Below are positions 1 to 9,835 of a stretch of 30,091 nucleotides of DNA, piece after piece (position 1 is the first letter of the stretch; each line of letters begins with the position of its first letter). The position numbers and the translations under genes are program-made. Under the pieces are notes generated by a model, which saw only the letters and a program-made list of their open reading frames with translations, searched no databases and was not told the DNA's origin. The stretch is from a virus (lineage: Duplodnaviria > Caudoviricetes): positions 1-30,091 of the IMG/VR virus record IMGVR_UViG_3300026983_000028; one strand, 5' to 3'.

Positions 1-108
1 CCGCCGCTAGCAGACAGCACCATTAAGGCCAAAGGCTTCGACAAGCCGCTGGTAGACACAGGTGACATGTTGCGCGGCGTGGCATACGAGATAACGGGAG
101 TTAAGTGA
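1..108 (+). CDS. Phage neck/tail-completion protein, 3' end only (partial)
   Basis: Frame 1 reads PPLADSTIKAKGFDKPLVDTGDMLRGVAYEITGVK*. The PLAxST-x3-KG-x2-KPL-x-DTG motif is typical of this virion morphogenesis family. The stop overlaps the next ATG (TGATG). Confidence 0.7.
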   Translation, partial: PPLADSTIKAKGFDKPLVDTGDMLRGVAYEITGVK

Positions 109-491
109 TGAACTTGCATGGTATCGCTAGCGGCGTGATTAGTTCGGTCAACCCCATGACCACAGCCATGCTCTCCCGCAGTGTTGGTAGCACTGACAAC
201 CCAGACGGTACCGCCACCCCTTCTTATAACCCGCCCGAAGCCATCACGGTGCAGCAACAGGCCATGACGCAGAAAGACTTGCAGCACATGGCAATGCTGG
301 GTATCCAAGGCGCCTTCACCAAGTTCTGGATGGATGGCGCAGTGTATGGCGCAGTTCGCGGTACGCAGAGCGGCGGCGACTTGCTGGTAGACAGTAAGGG
401 GCAAACGTGGCTGGTGTCGGCTGTGCTTGAGATCTGGCCTGACTGGTGCAGTGTGGCGTGCACGCTGCAGGTTGATCCGGTTGGTGTGTGA
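108..491 (+). CDS. Head-closure / head-tail joining protein
   Basis: Starts MNLHGIASGVISSVNP and contains GGDL...WLV...LEIWPDWC, as in Bcep781/PB1-like myoviruses. ATG 108 is coupled to the upstream stop. Confidence 0.65.
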   Translation: MNLHGIASGVISSVNPMTTAMLSRSVGSTDNPDGTATPSYNPPEAITVQQQAMTQKDLQHMAMLGIQGAFTKFWMDGAVYGAVRGTQSGGDLLVDSKGQTWLVSAVLEIWPDWCSVACTLQVDPVGV

Positions 492-1060
492 TGGCAACCG
501 TAACCATTAGCATTACCGAAAGTAACCTCCTCACGCTGCTGCGCACCTACCTGCTGGCGCTCATCAACGGTGCTCGCGCCATTAAGGGCCAGCAGAACCG
601 GGTTGCCATGCCCAACGGTGCGTTCGTGCTTATGACGAGCATGGGCACGAAAGAGCTGGCTACGCCGGAAGTGCAATACACGCCGGGCGCCAGCAACCCG
701 GGCTTGCAAAGCATCAAGCGCCGCATGGAGTGGAAGGTGCAGCTGGATGTGTACGGCGGCAAGGCAAGCGATGGCGTGACCGTGTTGTCTGCATTCGACC
801 AAGCGCAGATTCTTTATACGTTGGTGCGCACGCAATATACCTTTGAAGTATTCGCGGCGACGGGTGTAGAGATGCAACCGTTGTATGCGGACGAACCTCG
901 CAACATGACAATTGTTGACGGCGAGGCGCAGTACGAAGACCGCTGGACCTTCGACCTACACGTCCAGTTTAACCCTGTGGTCACCATGTCGCAGGACTTT
1001 GCAGCAGCCCTCGCCCTCGAACTCGTTGAGGTCGACTCCAAGTTCCCTCCGGAGAGTTAA
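491..1060 (+). CDS. Tail completion/terminator protein
   Basis: Lies just before the sheath gene. Motifs GQQNRV, VQLDVYG, PLYADEP and QYEDRW. TGATG coupling at 489-493. Confidence 0.65.
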   Translation: MATVTISITESNLLTLLRTYLLALINGARAIKGQQNRVAMPNGAFVLMTSMGTKELATPEVQYTPGASNPGLQSIKRRMEWKVQLDVYGGKASDGVTVLSAFDQAQILYTLVRTQYTFEVFAATGVEMQPLYADEPRNMTIVDGEAQYEDRWTFDLHVQFNPVVTMSQDFAAALALELVEVDSKFPPES

Positions 1061-1061
1061 A

Positions 1062-2540
1062 ATGACTATCTCTGCTTCGTTTATTGCTTCATCCAACCCC
1101 AACGTACTCCAGGCATCGGGTAGCCAGCTCAACCTCAACGCGCTGCTGCTATCCCAAGCTACGGACACCCCGCTGAACTCCATTGCATCGTTTGCCACCG
1201 CGAATGATGTTGGCAACTACTATGGCTTCACTAGCCCGGAGTACAACTTCGCCGCCATTTACTTCGCTGGCCCCAATAATGCCAAGGGGCTGCCGGCTGC
1301 ATTGCTGGTGGCGCAGTACAACGCGGCGGCAGCTGCGGCATGGACGCGTGGCGCCAGCCTCGGTAGTATGACGCTGGCGCAGTTGCAGGCGCTTACCGGT
1401 ACGTTGACGGTGAATGTGGATGGCACGCCCACCACCAGCTCCACCATTAACCTGACGGCTGCGACCAGCTTCAGCAATGCCGCCACACTGATCCAGGCTG
1501 CGTTCACCAGCCCCGGCTTCACCGTGGCGTATAACAGCCAGCACAACGCCTATGTATTCACCGGTACGGCTACCGGCGCCAACCACAACATTAGCGTTGC
1601 GCAAGGCACGCTAGCCGACTCGCTGGGACTGGATGCGGCACAGGGCGCCGTTGTGAGCCCGGGCGCAGCTGCAGCCACGCCCAGCACCTTCATGCCCATT
1701 GTGGCTAACCTGTCCCAGCAATGGGCCAGCTTCGCCACCACGTGGGAACCGCTTACGGCAGACAAGCTGGCGTTCAGCGCATGGGTTGCCCTGCAGCACA
1801 GCCGTTACGGTTACGTGGGCTACGACAGCGACCCCAAGGCGGCAGTGTCCGGCAACACAACCACGTGGTATGCACAGGTGCAGGCTGCCGGCTACGGTAG
1901 TTCGCTGCCAGTCTATGGCAACCTTACCCACGCCGCACTTGTGTGCAGCTGGGCCGCGTCGTTGAATTTCGACCAGCCAAACGGCCGCACCGACCTCGCC
2001 GGCATCAGCTTTAGCGGCGTGACTCCGTATGTGACCGACAACGCCACATATTCGGCCCTCACCACCAACGGTTACAATTTCTACGGCGCGTTCGCTACGG
2101 CAACGTCGCAGTGGAATTTGTTCCAGGATGGCGGCATCAGCGGCGTCTTCAAGTGGGCTGATACGTTTTTCAACCAGATCAAGTTCAACGCCGACCTGCA
2201 AAACGATGCCATGAACCTGCTCTCGCAGGCAGGCAGCATTCCGTACAACCCGCAGGGCTACTCCACTATCGAGGCAGCGTTCCTCGATAGCATCAACGCT
2301 GCCCTGTCGTTCGGCACCATCCGCACCGGCGTGCAGCTGTCCTCGCAGCAGAAGCAAGATGTGTTCAACGCTGTGGGCGTGGACGTATCCGCTATCCTGC
2401 AGACGCAAGGTTGGTACCTGCAGGTTGTGCCCGGCACCCCGGCACAGCGTGCGGCCCGCACCAGCCCGGCCATCACCCTGTACTACACCGACGGCGGTGA
2501 CGTGCAGACCATTGCCATCAACACTGTCGAAATCCAGTAA
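1062..2540 (+). CDS. Contractile tail sheath protein (DUF3383-like)
   Basis: Likely start is ATG 1062 (MTISASFIASSNPNVL) after GGAGAG. 492 aa with YYGFTSPEY...YF, NGYNFYG, IPYN, GWYLQ and a C-terminal R.SP...YTDGG typical of these sheaths. Confidence 0.85.
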   Translation: MTISASFIASSNPNVLQASGSQLNLNALLLSQATDTPLNSIASFATANDVGNYYGFTSPEYNFAAIYFAGPNNAKGLPAALLVAQYNAAAAAAWTRGASLGSMTLAQLQALTGTLTVNVDGTPTTSSTINLTAATSFSNAATLIQAAFTSPGFTVAYNSQHNAYVFTGTATGANHNISVAQGTLADSLGLDAAQGAVVSPGAAAATPSTFMPIVANLSQQWASFATTWEPLTADKLAFSAWVALQHSRYGYVGYDSDPKAAVSGNTTTWYAQVQAAGYGSSLPVYGNLTHAALVCSWAASLNFDQPNGRTDLAGISFSGVTPYVTDNATYSALTTNGYNFYGAFATATSQWNLFQDGGISGVFKWADTFFNQIKFNADLQNDAMNLLSQAGSIPYNPQGYSTIEAAFLDSINAALSFGTIRTGVQLSSQQKQDVFNAVGVDVSAILQTQGWYLQVVPGTPAQRAARTSPAITLYYTDGGDVQTIAINTVEIQ

Positions 2541-2551
2541 GGGAGAGCACC

Positions 2552-2998
2552 ATGGCACGCACTATCACTTCAGCCACTGCGCAATTCGCGCTCAGCGTGG
2601 GTGGACTCTACCCCCAGCCGCAGAACATCCACGGCTACTCGTCCGATGATGCATTCGAAGGCGAGGCAGTTGAAAACGCCGAGGTTGTTATGGGCGTTGA
2701 TGCGAACATGTCTGTTGGTTGGGTGCCCAACCCGGTCAAGCAGATCATTGTGCTTCAGGCGGACAGCGACTCCATCGACATCTTCAACAACTGGGGTGTC
2801 ACCCAGCAGGGCCTCAAGGAAGTGTTGATCGCGCAGGCGACCATCTACATCCCGGGCACTGGTTACAAGTACGCGCTGAGCAAGGGCGTACTTACTAGCT
2901 GGCGCCCGCTGCCGCAGCTGAAGAAGGTTATCCAGCCGCAGCGTTACGAAATTACGTGGGAGCGTGTGGTCGGCGCCCTGCTTCCGCCGGGAGGTTAA
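2552..2998 (+). CDS. Tail tube protein
   Basis: 148 aa following the sheath gene. Motifs RTITSA, GYSSDDAF, MGVD and LQADSDS. RBS AAGGGAG. Confidence 0.8.
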   Translation: MARTITSATAQFALSVGGLYPQPQNIHGYSSDDAFEGEAVENAEVVMGVDANMSVGWVPNPVKQIIVLQADSDSIDIFNNWGVTQQGLKEVLIAQATIYIPGTGYKYALSKGVLTSWRPLPQLKKVIQPQRYEITWERVVGALLPPGG

Positions 2999-3001
2999 GC
3001 C

Positions 3002-3445
3002 ATGGCGCGCAAAGTCGTTACCTACAAAGTGGAAAGCGATGACCGTGATGAAGGCAAGGTATTCGTCATCACGGAAATGCCGGCCACGCAGGGACAGCGA
3101 TGGGCTTTGCGCGCCTTCCTTGCCTTGGCAAGGAATGGCGTGGAAGTGCCCGACAACGTGAAGCAGTTGGGCATGGCCGGCATGGTAAAGATGGGCTTTG
3201 AAGCCATTGGGCGCTTGCCATTCGAGGAGGCTGACTCGCTCATGAACATTCTCATGGGCTGTGTGCAGTGCATGCCCGATGCCAGCCGTCCTAACGTGGT
3301 GCGCGCATTGGTGGAAAGCGATATCGATGAAATCGCTACCCGCTTCAAGCTGTGTGCCGAAGCTTTCAAGGTACACGTGGATTTTTCGAAGGTCGGCGGG
3401 AGCTTGACACAGGACTCGGCCCCGGCGACCTCGATGACCGAATGA
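3002..3445 (+). CDS. Tail assembly chaperone
   Basis: Lies between tube and tape measure. Motifs RDEGKVFVITEMPA...WA.RA and DIDEIAT. Confidence 0.75.
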   Translation: MARKVVTYKVESDDRDEGKVFVITEMPATQGQRWALRAFLALARNGVEVPDNVKQLGMAGMVKMGFEAIGRLPFEEADSLMNILMGCVQCMPDASRPNVVRALVESDIDEIATRFKLCAEAFKVHVDFSKVGGSLTQDSAPATSMTE

Positions 3446-3609
3446 TCACGTACGCCAATGTTGACCCGCTGGTGGCAGTTGTAGTCACCAGCGGGTTAGC
3501 AACGCTACATGAGCTTGATACTGTTTACGGCACAGAGGACCTGTGGGATCTATTAGAGATTCATACCGTCAACAGCTACAACCGAAACATCGCCAACGAG
3601 CCGAGGTAA
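3442..3609 (+). CDS. Second tail assembly chaperone segment (own ATG, or -1 frameshift extension of the upstream gene)
   Basis: MITYANVD...LATLHELDTVYGTEDLWDLLEI. ATGA overlap at 3442-3445. The frame is open back to at least 3352. Confidence 0.65.
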   Translation: MITYANVDPLVAVVVTSGLATLHELDTVYGTEDLWDLLEIHTVNSYNRNIANEPR

Positions 3610-3612
3610 CCC

Positions 3613-5610
3613 GTGGCAACCATCATCGACGCACTTGTTGTCACCCTCGGCTTCGACACCAAAGGTGTTGGCAAGGGCGCCAGCGATGGCAAGAAGGCGC
3701 TGAAAGACCTTAAGGAAAACAGCGAGAAAACTGCCTCCGCTATGGCAAAGGCCGCTAACGATGCGGCCACTGCTTTCAATAACCTTAAGATTGAAATCAT
3801 GGGGGCACTGGCCGCCTTCGGTGTGTACACAGGTCTTAAGGACTTCTTAGCCGATAGCACCAAGACCAACGCCCAGTTAGGGCGGCTGGCCGCCAACCTC
3901 AACACCAGTGCTGCCCGCCTGGATGCTTGGCGTACCACAGCCGAAGAGATGGGCGACGATGCTGGCGCAGCGTTCGGCGCCCTGCAGTCTGTGGCTACAG
4001 GTATCGCCGAAGCAGTAGCAAAGGGCCATAGCGCCTTTACTGATATGGCCCGCGCTAATGGCGTGCAGCTGCAAGACCAGAAAGGTCAGTGGCTTGACTA
4101 CGAACAGACGTTAATGAATATCAGTCGCCGCTTGCATGCGGTGGCTGACCATAATGGCCCGCTTGGCCGGCAGCAGGCCATGTACCTTGCCAATCAGCTT
4201 GGCGTGGGTGGCATGTTTAACGAGCTGATGCTCGATCCCAATGAACTACAGCGCCGACTAGCGGCCAATGAGGCGTTGAGCCATGCTACTGAAGCCGCCA
4301 CGGCACGCGCCCAACAGCTGCAGGGCCAGTGGGCGCAACTGCGTGCGCGCTTCCGTGGTATTGGCGAAGACATCTACACGCGCATTTCGCCATACCTGCT
4401 GCGCATAGGCGATGATTTTGAACGCTTCCTTGGCAAGATCGATTTCGATCGATTGGCTGCTGGGGCCGAGCGTTTCATCAACGCTGTTGACTGGGCTGCG
4501 TTGGGCAATTGGCTTGCACGCATTCCAGACACGCTGGCGGACATTTACAAGTGGATTGTGCAGCTGGACAAATCTACTGGCGGATGGGCCAAGAATATCT
4601 TGGCTATTGCTGCTGCGTGGTTCGTGCTTGATGCTGCACTGGCCGCTAGCCCGGTTGGGCTGGTGCTAATGCTGGCTGCCGCTATTGTGGCGTTGTACAA
4701 CGACTACAAGGTATGGCAGCAAGGCGGCAAATCGTTCATTGATTGGGGCAAGTGGAAGACTGAAATTGGGTACGCCAAGGATGCTGTGGATGCGTTAGCT
4801 GCTTCGCTGCGTGGTCTTGACAAGGCATATGAAGGTGTAAAGGGTTGGCTGGGTAAAAACGCTGCGCAGTCCGCCGCAGATATCGAAGCCGGTACGGACC
4901 CGGGCCATGGCAATAGCCGTGGCAGCGCCATTCATAATTTCTTCAAAAATATGGCGTACTGGGCCGGGTACGATCCTGCCACTGGCAAGAAGATTGACGC
5001 TAGCAACTTGCTGGATGCAGATGACGCTACGCGGCAAGGCATCAAGTACGACGTGGGCAAGGATGCCACGTACAATGATCTTGAGAAGCAGTACGGTTTG
5101 CCCGCCGGCATCATGTCCAAGATCAAGCAAGCAGAGTCAGGCGGGGATGCTAACGCTCTTTCATCCAAGGGTGCCTTAGGTGCATTCCAAATGCTGCCTA
5201 GCACGGCAGCTGATTACGGCGGTACCGAAGCCGACTTGCGCGACCCTGCCAAGGCTAGCGTGCTAGCAGCGCATTACCTGAGCGACATGATTAAAAAGTA
5301 CAAAGGCGACGTTCAGCTTGGGCTGGCTGCCTACAACGCCGGGCCGGGCGCGGTGGACAAGGCTGGCGGCGTACCCAATTTCGCTGAAACGCAGGCGTAC
5401 GTTGCGAAATTGGGCTATGCCACAGACCCACGCCAGCGGGTAGGCGCAGGGCAACCCGGTGCCACTACCCACAACAACGGCAGCACATACAATATCGACA
5501 AGGTGGAAATTCACACGCAGGCCACCGATGCACAGGGCATTATGAATGATATGCAACGGCGCCTGCCTAATAATGGCTTGGTGTCGTACAGCAACACGGG
5601 AACCGAGTAA
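3613..5610 (+). CDS. Tape measure protein with C-terminal lytic transglycosylase (SLT) domain
   Basis: GTG start after GAGG. N-terminus MATIIDALVVTLGFD and an Ala-rich helical body. SLT motifs ESGG, GALGAFQMLPSTA, LAAYNAGPG and ETQAYV. Confidence 0.9.
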   Translation: MATIIDALVVTLGFDTKGVGKGASDGKKALKDLKENSEKTASAMAKAANDAATAFNNLKIEIMGALAAFGVYTGLKDFLADSTKTNAQLGRLAANLNTSAARLDAWRTTAEEMGDDAGAAFGALQSVATGIAEAVAKGHSAFTDMARANGVQLQDQKGQWLDYEQTLMNISRRLHAVADHNGPLGRQQAMYLANQLGVGGMFNELMLDPNELQRRLAANEALSHATEAATARAQQLQGQWAQLRARFRGIGEDIYTRISPYLLRIGDDFERFLGKIDFDRLAAGAERFINAVDWAALGNWLARIPDTLADIYKWIVQLDKSTGGWAKNILAIAAAWFVLDAALAASPVGLVLMLAAAIVALYNDYKVWQQGGKSFIDWGKWKTEIGYAKDAVDALAASLRGLDKAYEGVKGWLGKNAAQSAADIEAGTDPGHGNSRGSAIHNFFKNMAYWAGYDPATGKKIDASNLLDADDATRQGIKYDVGKDATYNDLEKQYGLPAGIMSKIKQAESGGDANALSSKGALGAFQMLPSTAADYGGTEADLRDPAKASVLAAHYLSDMIKKYKGDVQLGLAAYNAGPGAVDKAGGVPNFAETQAYVAKLGYATDPRQRVGAGQPGATTHNNGSTYNIDKVEIHTQATDAQGIMNDMQRRLPNNGLVSYSNTGTE

Positions 5611-6275
5611 TGAGCGCTATCGCCACAGATGTCCTGAGCATTGCTAGCGGGCTAGGCATTAACCTGCTTGGCGGCTTGTCTGCCATCTATGCAGTAGTTG
5701 ATGCAACCACTGGGCAGCCAATTGTTGTGCCTGATACCATGTCAACTATGGGTTACAGGAACGGTGCTGATATTTCAGACTACCCCATTGAGGAAGGCCA
5801 ATTCAACAGCTACAACAAAGTCAAGGTTCCGTTCGAGATTCGCACTGTAATGTGCTGCGGTGGGCTCAACTACTTCGAGCAAATTGAGCAAACGGTAGAT
5901 CAGGCCATCAACAGCGTGCTTGGCAGCAACTTGGGCCAAGGCATGCAGCGTAGCGCATTCCTGGACGCGCTGGACAACATGGTCAATAGCCTGGACTTGT
6001 ACAACATTGTCACGCCTGACAAGACATACGAAAACGTCAACTGCGTGCGTGTTAGCTATGACCGTAGCCAGCGCAGCGGCAGTGGCATGATTAAAGCCGA
6101 GGTAGTGTTCCGTCAGATTCGCCAATCCACGCAAGCCATTTATAGCAACGGCGGAACGCCTAATGTGTGGAGCGACAACGCAGACGCACAAAACCCGGTG
6201 GGTTTGGGCACCACCACCACCATCACTCCTAGCGCTGTGCAGCTGGCGCAAATCAATGCCGGAGGCTTCGTGTAA
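5610..6275 (+). CDS. Baseplate / tail-tube initiator protein
   Basis: Follows the tape measure gene with TAATG overlap. Motifs ISDYPIEEG..SYNKV..P and IVTPDKTYEN. Confidence 0.65.
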   Translation: MSAIATDVLSIASGLGINLLGGLSAIYAVVDATTGQPIVVPDTMSTMGYRNGADISDYPIEEGQFNSYNKVKVPFEIRTVMCCGGLNYFEQIEQTVDQAINSVLGSNLGQGMQRSAFLDALDNMVNSLDLYNIVTPDKTYENVNCVRVSYDRSQRSGSGMIKAEVVFRQIRQSTQAIYSNGGTPNVWSDNADAQNPVGLGTTTTITPSAVQLAQINAGGFV

Positions 6276-6586
6276 TGGTTATTGTGCCGCTACAAGCGCT
6301 GGCCCACCAAGTGCGCACATGCGTGCTAGGCGGCCAAGCCTGCACGCTGGAAGTCTACAGCAAGCAAGATAACCTGTACCTCAACTTGTCTGTGGGCAAT
6401 ACCCCATTGCTGTCGGGTGTGTTGTGCCTCAATCGCGTGTTGCTGGTACGCTTTTCGTATCTCGGGTTCGTTGGTGACTTGTCGTTCGTGGATTTGCAAG
6501 GTAGCAGCGACCCAGCATACCGAGGTTTGGGAACGCGCTATGTGCTGTGCTATCTATCCCCGGGTGACTACACGCAGCCGCTATGA
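6275..6586 (+). CDS. Small baseplate protein
   Basis: 103 aa with YLGFVGDLSFVDLQG..DP.Y.GLGTRY.L.Y, typical of this myovirus module. Confidence 0.65.
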   Translation: MVIVPLQALAHQVRTCVLGGQACTLEVYSKQDNLYLNLSVGNTPLLSGVLCLNRVLLVRFSYLGFVGDLSFVDLQGSSDPAYRGLGTRYVLCYLSPGDYTQPL

Positions 6587-7533
6587 CATTCATTAACCGC
6601 AAAATCGATATCACTTTCGACCTGTCCCCTACCGGTGGGCAGTTCGATTCCAACGGTAACAACACGCTTATTCTTCAAGGGCTGCGTAGCCGCGCTACCA
6701 TCCAAAGTACGGTAGGCGGTGCTACACCTTTTCAATCGCAAATGCAGATGGAAGTGTGGGGCATGTCCAACAACGACATGGCCGCCCTATCTACCCTCGG
6801 CCTTAGCGCTGGGCTGTACAACAAGAATTTAGTCACGGTAATGGCCGGCGATGACATCAATGGCATGAGTACTGTTTTCAGCGGTGCTATCTATTTTGCG
6901 GATGTGGACTACAATTCGCAGCCTGTAGTGCCGGTTAAGGTTTACGCCAGCGCTACCCAAGGCCTGCGGCTGCCCAGTGTGGCGCCAAGCAGCCAGCCGG
7001 GCAGCGTCAACGTTGCAACCTTGTTGGATGCCATTTGCCGGCAGGCGCAGCCGCCGTTGAATTTGGTTAATAACGGCGTGACTGCGGTGCTTGCTAACCA
7101 TTGCGTAGGCGGCAGCGTATTACACCAAATTCACGACATATGCCTCGCCTCTATGACCAATTGGGCTATCAGCCCCGACGGGAGTACGATAACCATATGG
7201 CCGCAGGGATCCACGGTAGATCAGACAGCGCCGGTATCGCTTAGTGCGCAGACTGGCATGGTGGGATACCCCATGTACAGCGCGCAAGGTATCGACATCG
7301 TGTGCGAGTTCAACCCCAACATCCAATGTGGGCGGCAGGTATCCGTAGAGAGCAGCATACCGACGCCGGGCCCGAATGCGCCTATTGTGCCCACAGGGCA
7401 AGCGCAGCCCATTGGCGCCAGCGGTACCTTCTACGTGTATGATGTGGTGCACGATCTATCGTGCGAGCTGCCCAAGGGGCCGTGGTTCACCAAAGCGAAG
7501 ACAGGAACTACTAACACACAGGTGCGCGCATGA
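6583..7533 (+). CDS. Baseplate hub protein
   Basis: 316 aa before the spike gene. Motifs TGMVGYP and H.LS..P.GPWFT. ATGA overlaps at both ends. Confidence 0.7.
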   Translation: MTFINRKIDITFDLSPTGGQFDSNGNNTLILQGLRSRATIQSTVGGATPFQSQMQMEVWGMSNNDMAALSTLGLSAGLYNKNLVTVMAGDDINGMSTVFSGAIYFADVDYNSQPVVPVKVYASATQGLRLPSVAPSSQPGSVNVATLLDAICRQAQPPLNLVNNGVTAVLANHCVGGSVLHQIHDICLASMTNWAISPDGSTITIWPQGSTVDQTAPVSLSAQTGMVGYPMYSAQGIDIVCEFNPNIQCGRQVSVESSIPTPGPNAPIVPTGQAQPIGASGTFYVYDVVHDLSCELPKGPWFTKAKTGTTNTQVRA

Positions 7534-8255
7534 GTGGCCCGGACTTCCAAACCTTCGAAAGCCCAACGGCTGCCTCCAGTCGTGAAACCGAAATGTGGTT
7601 CTTCCTGCGCCGTGAGTTGGCAAAAATACGCACCACTACGCTTGCGCAGGTGATGGCAATTAACGTGCCCGGCGCTTCCGCTGGTGTGCCGGCAGCCATA
7701 GGCACGCTAACCATTAAAATTCTGGTGCAACAAACGGATGGTGCTGGCAATGTGGTTGAAGCTGGCACCATCTACAACGTGCCTTATGCGCGGCTGGCGG
7801 GTGGCGCTAACGCTGTGGTCATAGACCCCACAGTTGACGACCTGGGCATTGTAGGCTTTGGCGATCGCGACTTGTCGTCCGTTATTGCCACCATGGGGGA
7901 AGCTGGCCCGGGCAGTAACCGGCGCTTCAGTTGGTCGGATGCTCTATGGGTTGCAACGTTGCCATTGGGTGTAGTGCCTACGCAGTATGTGTTGATGGAT
8001 AGCAGCGGCATGTACATGGTGTCGCCCAATAAGATTTCAATGCAGGCTCCCGAAATTGACATCAACGCCACCACTAAGTTCAACGTTACCTCACCAGATA
8101 CTGAAGTTAACGGGCCAGCGCATATCACAGGTGCGCAAACCAACGGCTCGACTGTCACCGCGCAAGGCGAAATTAAATCGGGTAACATAGGCTTGCAAGC
8201 CCACCACCATACCGCGCAAGGCGCTACTGCACCCACCACCGCAGCACAGGCGTAA
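7530..8255 (+). CDS. Baseplate central spike (gpV/Gp138-like)
   Basis: N-domain with NVPY.R..GG..AV.IDP.V.D.G...F.DRD.S, beta-rich repeats, and a C-terminal HHH (HxH metal-binding apex motif). Confidence 0.85.
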   Translation: MSGPDFQTFESPTAASSRETEMWFFLRRELAKIRTTTLAQVMAINVPGASAGVPAAIGTLTIKILVQQTDGAGNVVEAGTIYNVPYARLAGGANAVVIDPTVDDLGIVGFGDRDLSSVIATMGEAGPGSNRRFSWSDALWVATLPLGVVPTQYVLMDSSGMYMVSPNKISMQAPEIDINATTKFNVTSPDTEVNGPAHITGAQTNGSTVTAQGEIKSGNIGLQAHHHTAQGATAPTTAAQA

Positions 8256-8258
8256 CCC

Positions 8259-8615
8259 ATGCCACAGTCATTGCCACTTATTACAGGTACATGGGATCTG
8301 GTACTGGACCAGAACGGCAACCTGTCGCTCACGGACGAAGCAACGTCCATTGCACAGGATGTATCCAGTGCCATTCGCACTTTCCTTGGCGAATGCCGAT
8401 ACAACAATCTGTTAGGCATGCCGTACTTCGAATCCATTTTATGGACTGTACCTCCTGGCTCCTTGGTGACCAGCTTCGTTAACAAGCAGGCACTAACTAT
8501 CAATGGCGTTAAGACATGCGCCGTCGCTAGCCTCAGCTTAGTTAACCGTAGGATGACTGGCGTAGCAGTCATTACAACCAACCTCAACTCCAAACCTGCA
8601 ACGGTGACATTCTAA
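8259..8615 (+). CDS. Baseplate wedge / sheath initiator protein
   Basis: WDL.LD..GNL...IAQDV.SAIRTF.GE..Y...G.PY pattern, located between the spike and J-like genes. Confidence 0.7.
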   Translation: MPQSLPLITGTWDLVLDQNGNLSLTDEATSIAQDVSSAIRTFLGECRYNNLLGMPYFESILWTVPPGSLVTSFVNKQALTINGVKTCAVASLSLVNRRMTGVAVITTNLNSKPATVTF

Positions 8616-9835
8616 TGCTGACCACGAGCGTACCTGACATCAGCTGGGTCTCTACCGGCATTGTGTTGCCATTGGAGTCAAACATCTTGGCTGGCGTGCT
8701 GGCGGATATGAACACGGCATTTAGCGGCAACATGTCGCAATCGCTGTCTTCCCCCCAAGGGCAGCTAGCTCAAGCCTTCACGGCGGTTATTGGTGATAAG
8801 AATTCAACCATCGCCTATATCGTCAACCAAGTTGACCCGGACAACTCTAGTGGCCGTTGGCAGGATGCCATCGGCCGCATCTACTTCCAGGAACGTATTC
8901 CGGGTAGCGGCACTGTAGTGCAGGCTACGTGCACCGGATTGGTCAATACGCTTATTCCTGCGGGCAGCATTGCGCGAGATACTAGCGGCAACCTATACGC
9001 CAGTACGGCTGATGCCATCATTCCGGCAAGCGGCAGCGTTGTTGTGCAATTCCAATGCATCGTGTTCGGACCCATTGTCTGCCCAGTGGGCGCACTCAAC
9101 AAAATCTACAAGAGCGTTACTGGTTGGGACACCATTAGCAACGCATCTGCTGGTGTGCCGGGTACGCTGGTGGAATCACGGCAGGCGTTCGAACTGCGGC
9201 GCAGTCAGTCTGTGGCTATCAATGCCGTCAACAGCGTGCAAGCTGTTATGGCCGCTGTGCTTAGCGTGCCTGATGTAATTGACGCATACGTCACTGACAA
9301 CAGCACTAACGCGTCTGTCACTATTGGCGCCACCAACTACACCATGATTGCCAACAGCATCTTGGTTAGCGTAGCTGGTGGTTCTGCCGCTGCTATCGCC
9401 CAAGCCATCTGGAGCAAGAAGTCGTTGGGTTGCAGCTACAACGGCAACCAGACGTATACGTACACGGATATGAGCAACCCACAGGGTCCGCCGTGGCCTA
9501 CCTATACCGTCAAATGGCTACAGCCTACCGCGACGCCCACTTACGTGACAGTTCACATCGCCAGCAACAGCAACCTGCCGGCTAATATTACCACGTTGGT
9601 ACAGCAAGCTGTGCAGGCAGCATTCAACGGCACAGATGGCGGCAGCAAGGCGCGCATTGGCAGTTCAATCAATGCTGGCCGATTCTACGCCGGTATCTAC
9701 GCCATCAGTCCGTACATCAACATAACCAGTTTGACCATCGGCACCAGCGCTAGCCCCACCGGTACCAGTGTTAGCTTCGGTGTAGACCAGCTGCCAACCC
9801 TGGATAACTCCAACATCGTGGTATCCATCCCATGA
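8615..9835 (+). CDS. Baseplate J-like wedge protein
   Basis: 406 aa with SSPQGQL, DP..SSGRWQDAIGRIYF, IPAG and ESR..FE.RR motifs. Confidence 0.85.
   Translation: MLTTSVPDISWVSTGIVLPLESNILAGVLADMNTAFSGNMSQSLSSPQGQLAQAFTAVIGDKNSTIAYIVNQVDPDNSSGRWQDAIGRIYFQERIPGSGTVVQATCTGLVNTLIPAGSIARDTSGNLYASTADAIIPASGSVVVQFQCIVFGPIVCPVGALNKIYKSVTGWDTISNASAGVPGTLVESRQAFELRRSQSVAINAVNSVQAVMAAVLSVPDVIDAYVTDNSTNASVTIGATNYTMIANSILVSVAGGSAAAIAQAIWSKKSLGCSYNGNQTYTYTDMSNPQGPPWPTYTVKWLQPTATPTYVTVHIASNSNLPANITTLVQQAVQAAFNGTDGGSKARIGSSINAGRFYAGIYAISPYINITSLTIGTSASPTGTSVSFGVDQLPTLDNSNIVVSIP

Noticed and set aside
912-1061. Upstream extension of the sheath ORF from 912
   Set aside because: It overlaps the preceding gene by ~150 nt, while ATG 1062 has an RBS and a typical N-terminus.
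1611-3376. Long - strand ORFs 1611-2558 and 2570-3376
   Set aside because: Antisense shadows of the sheath, tube and chaperone genes, with no recognisable motifs.
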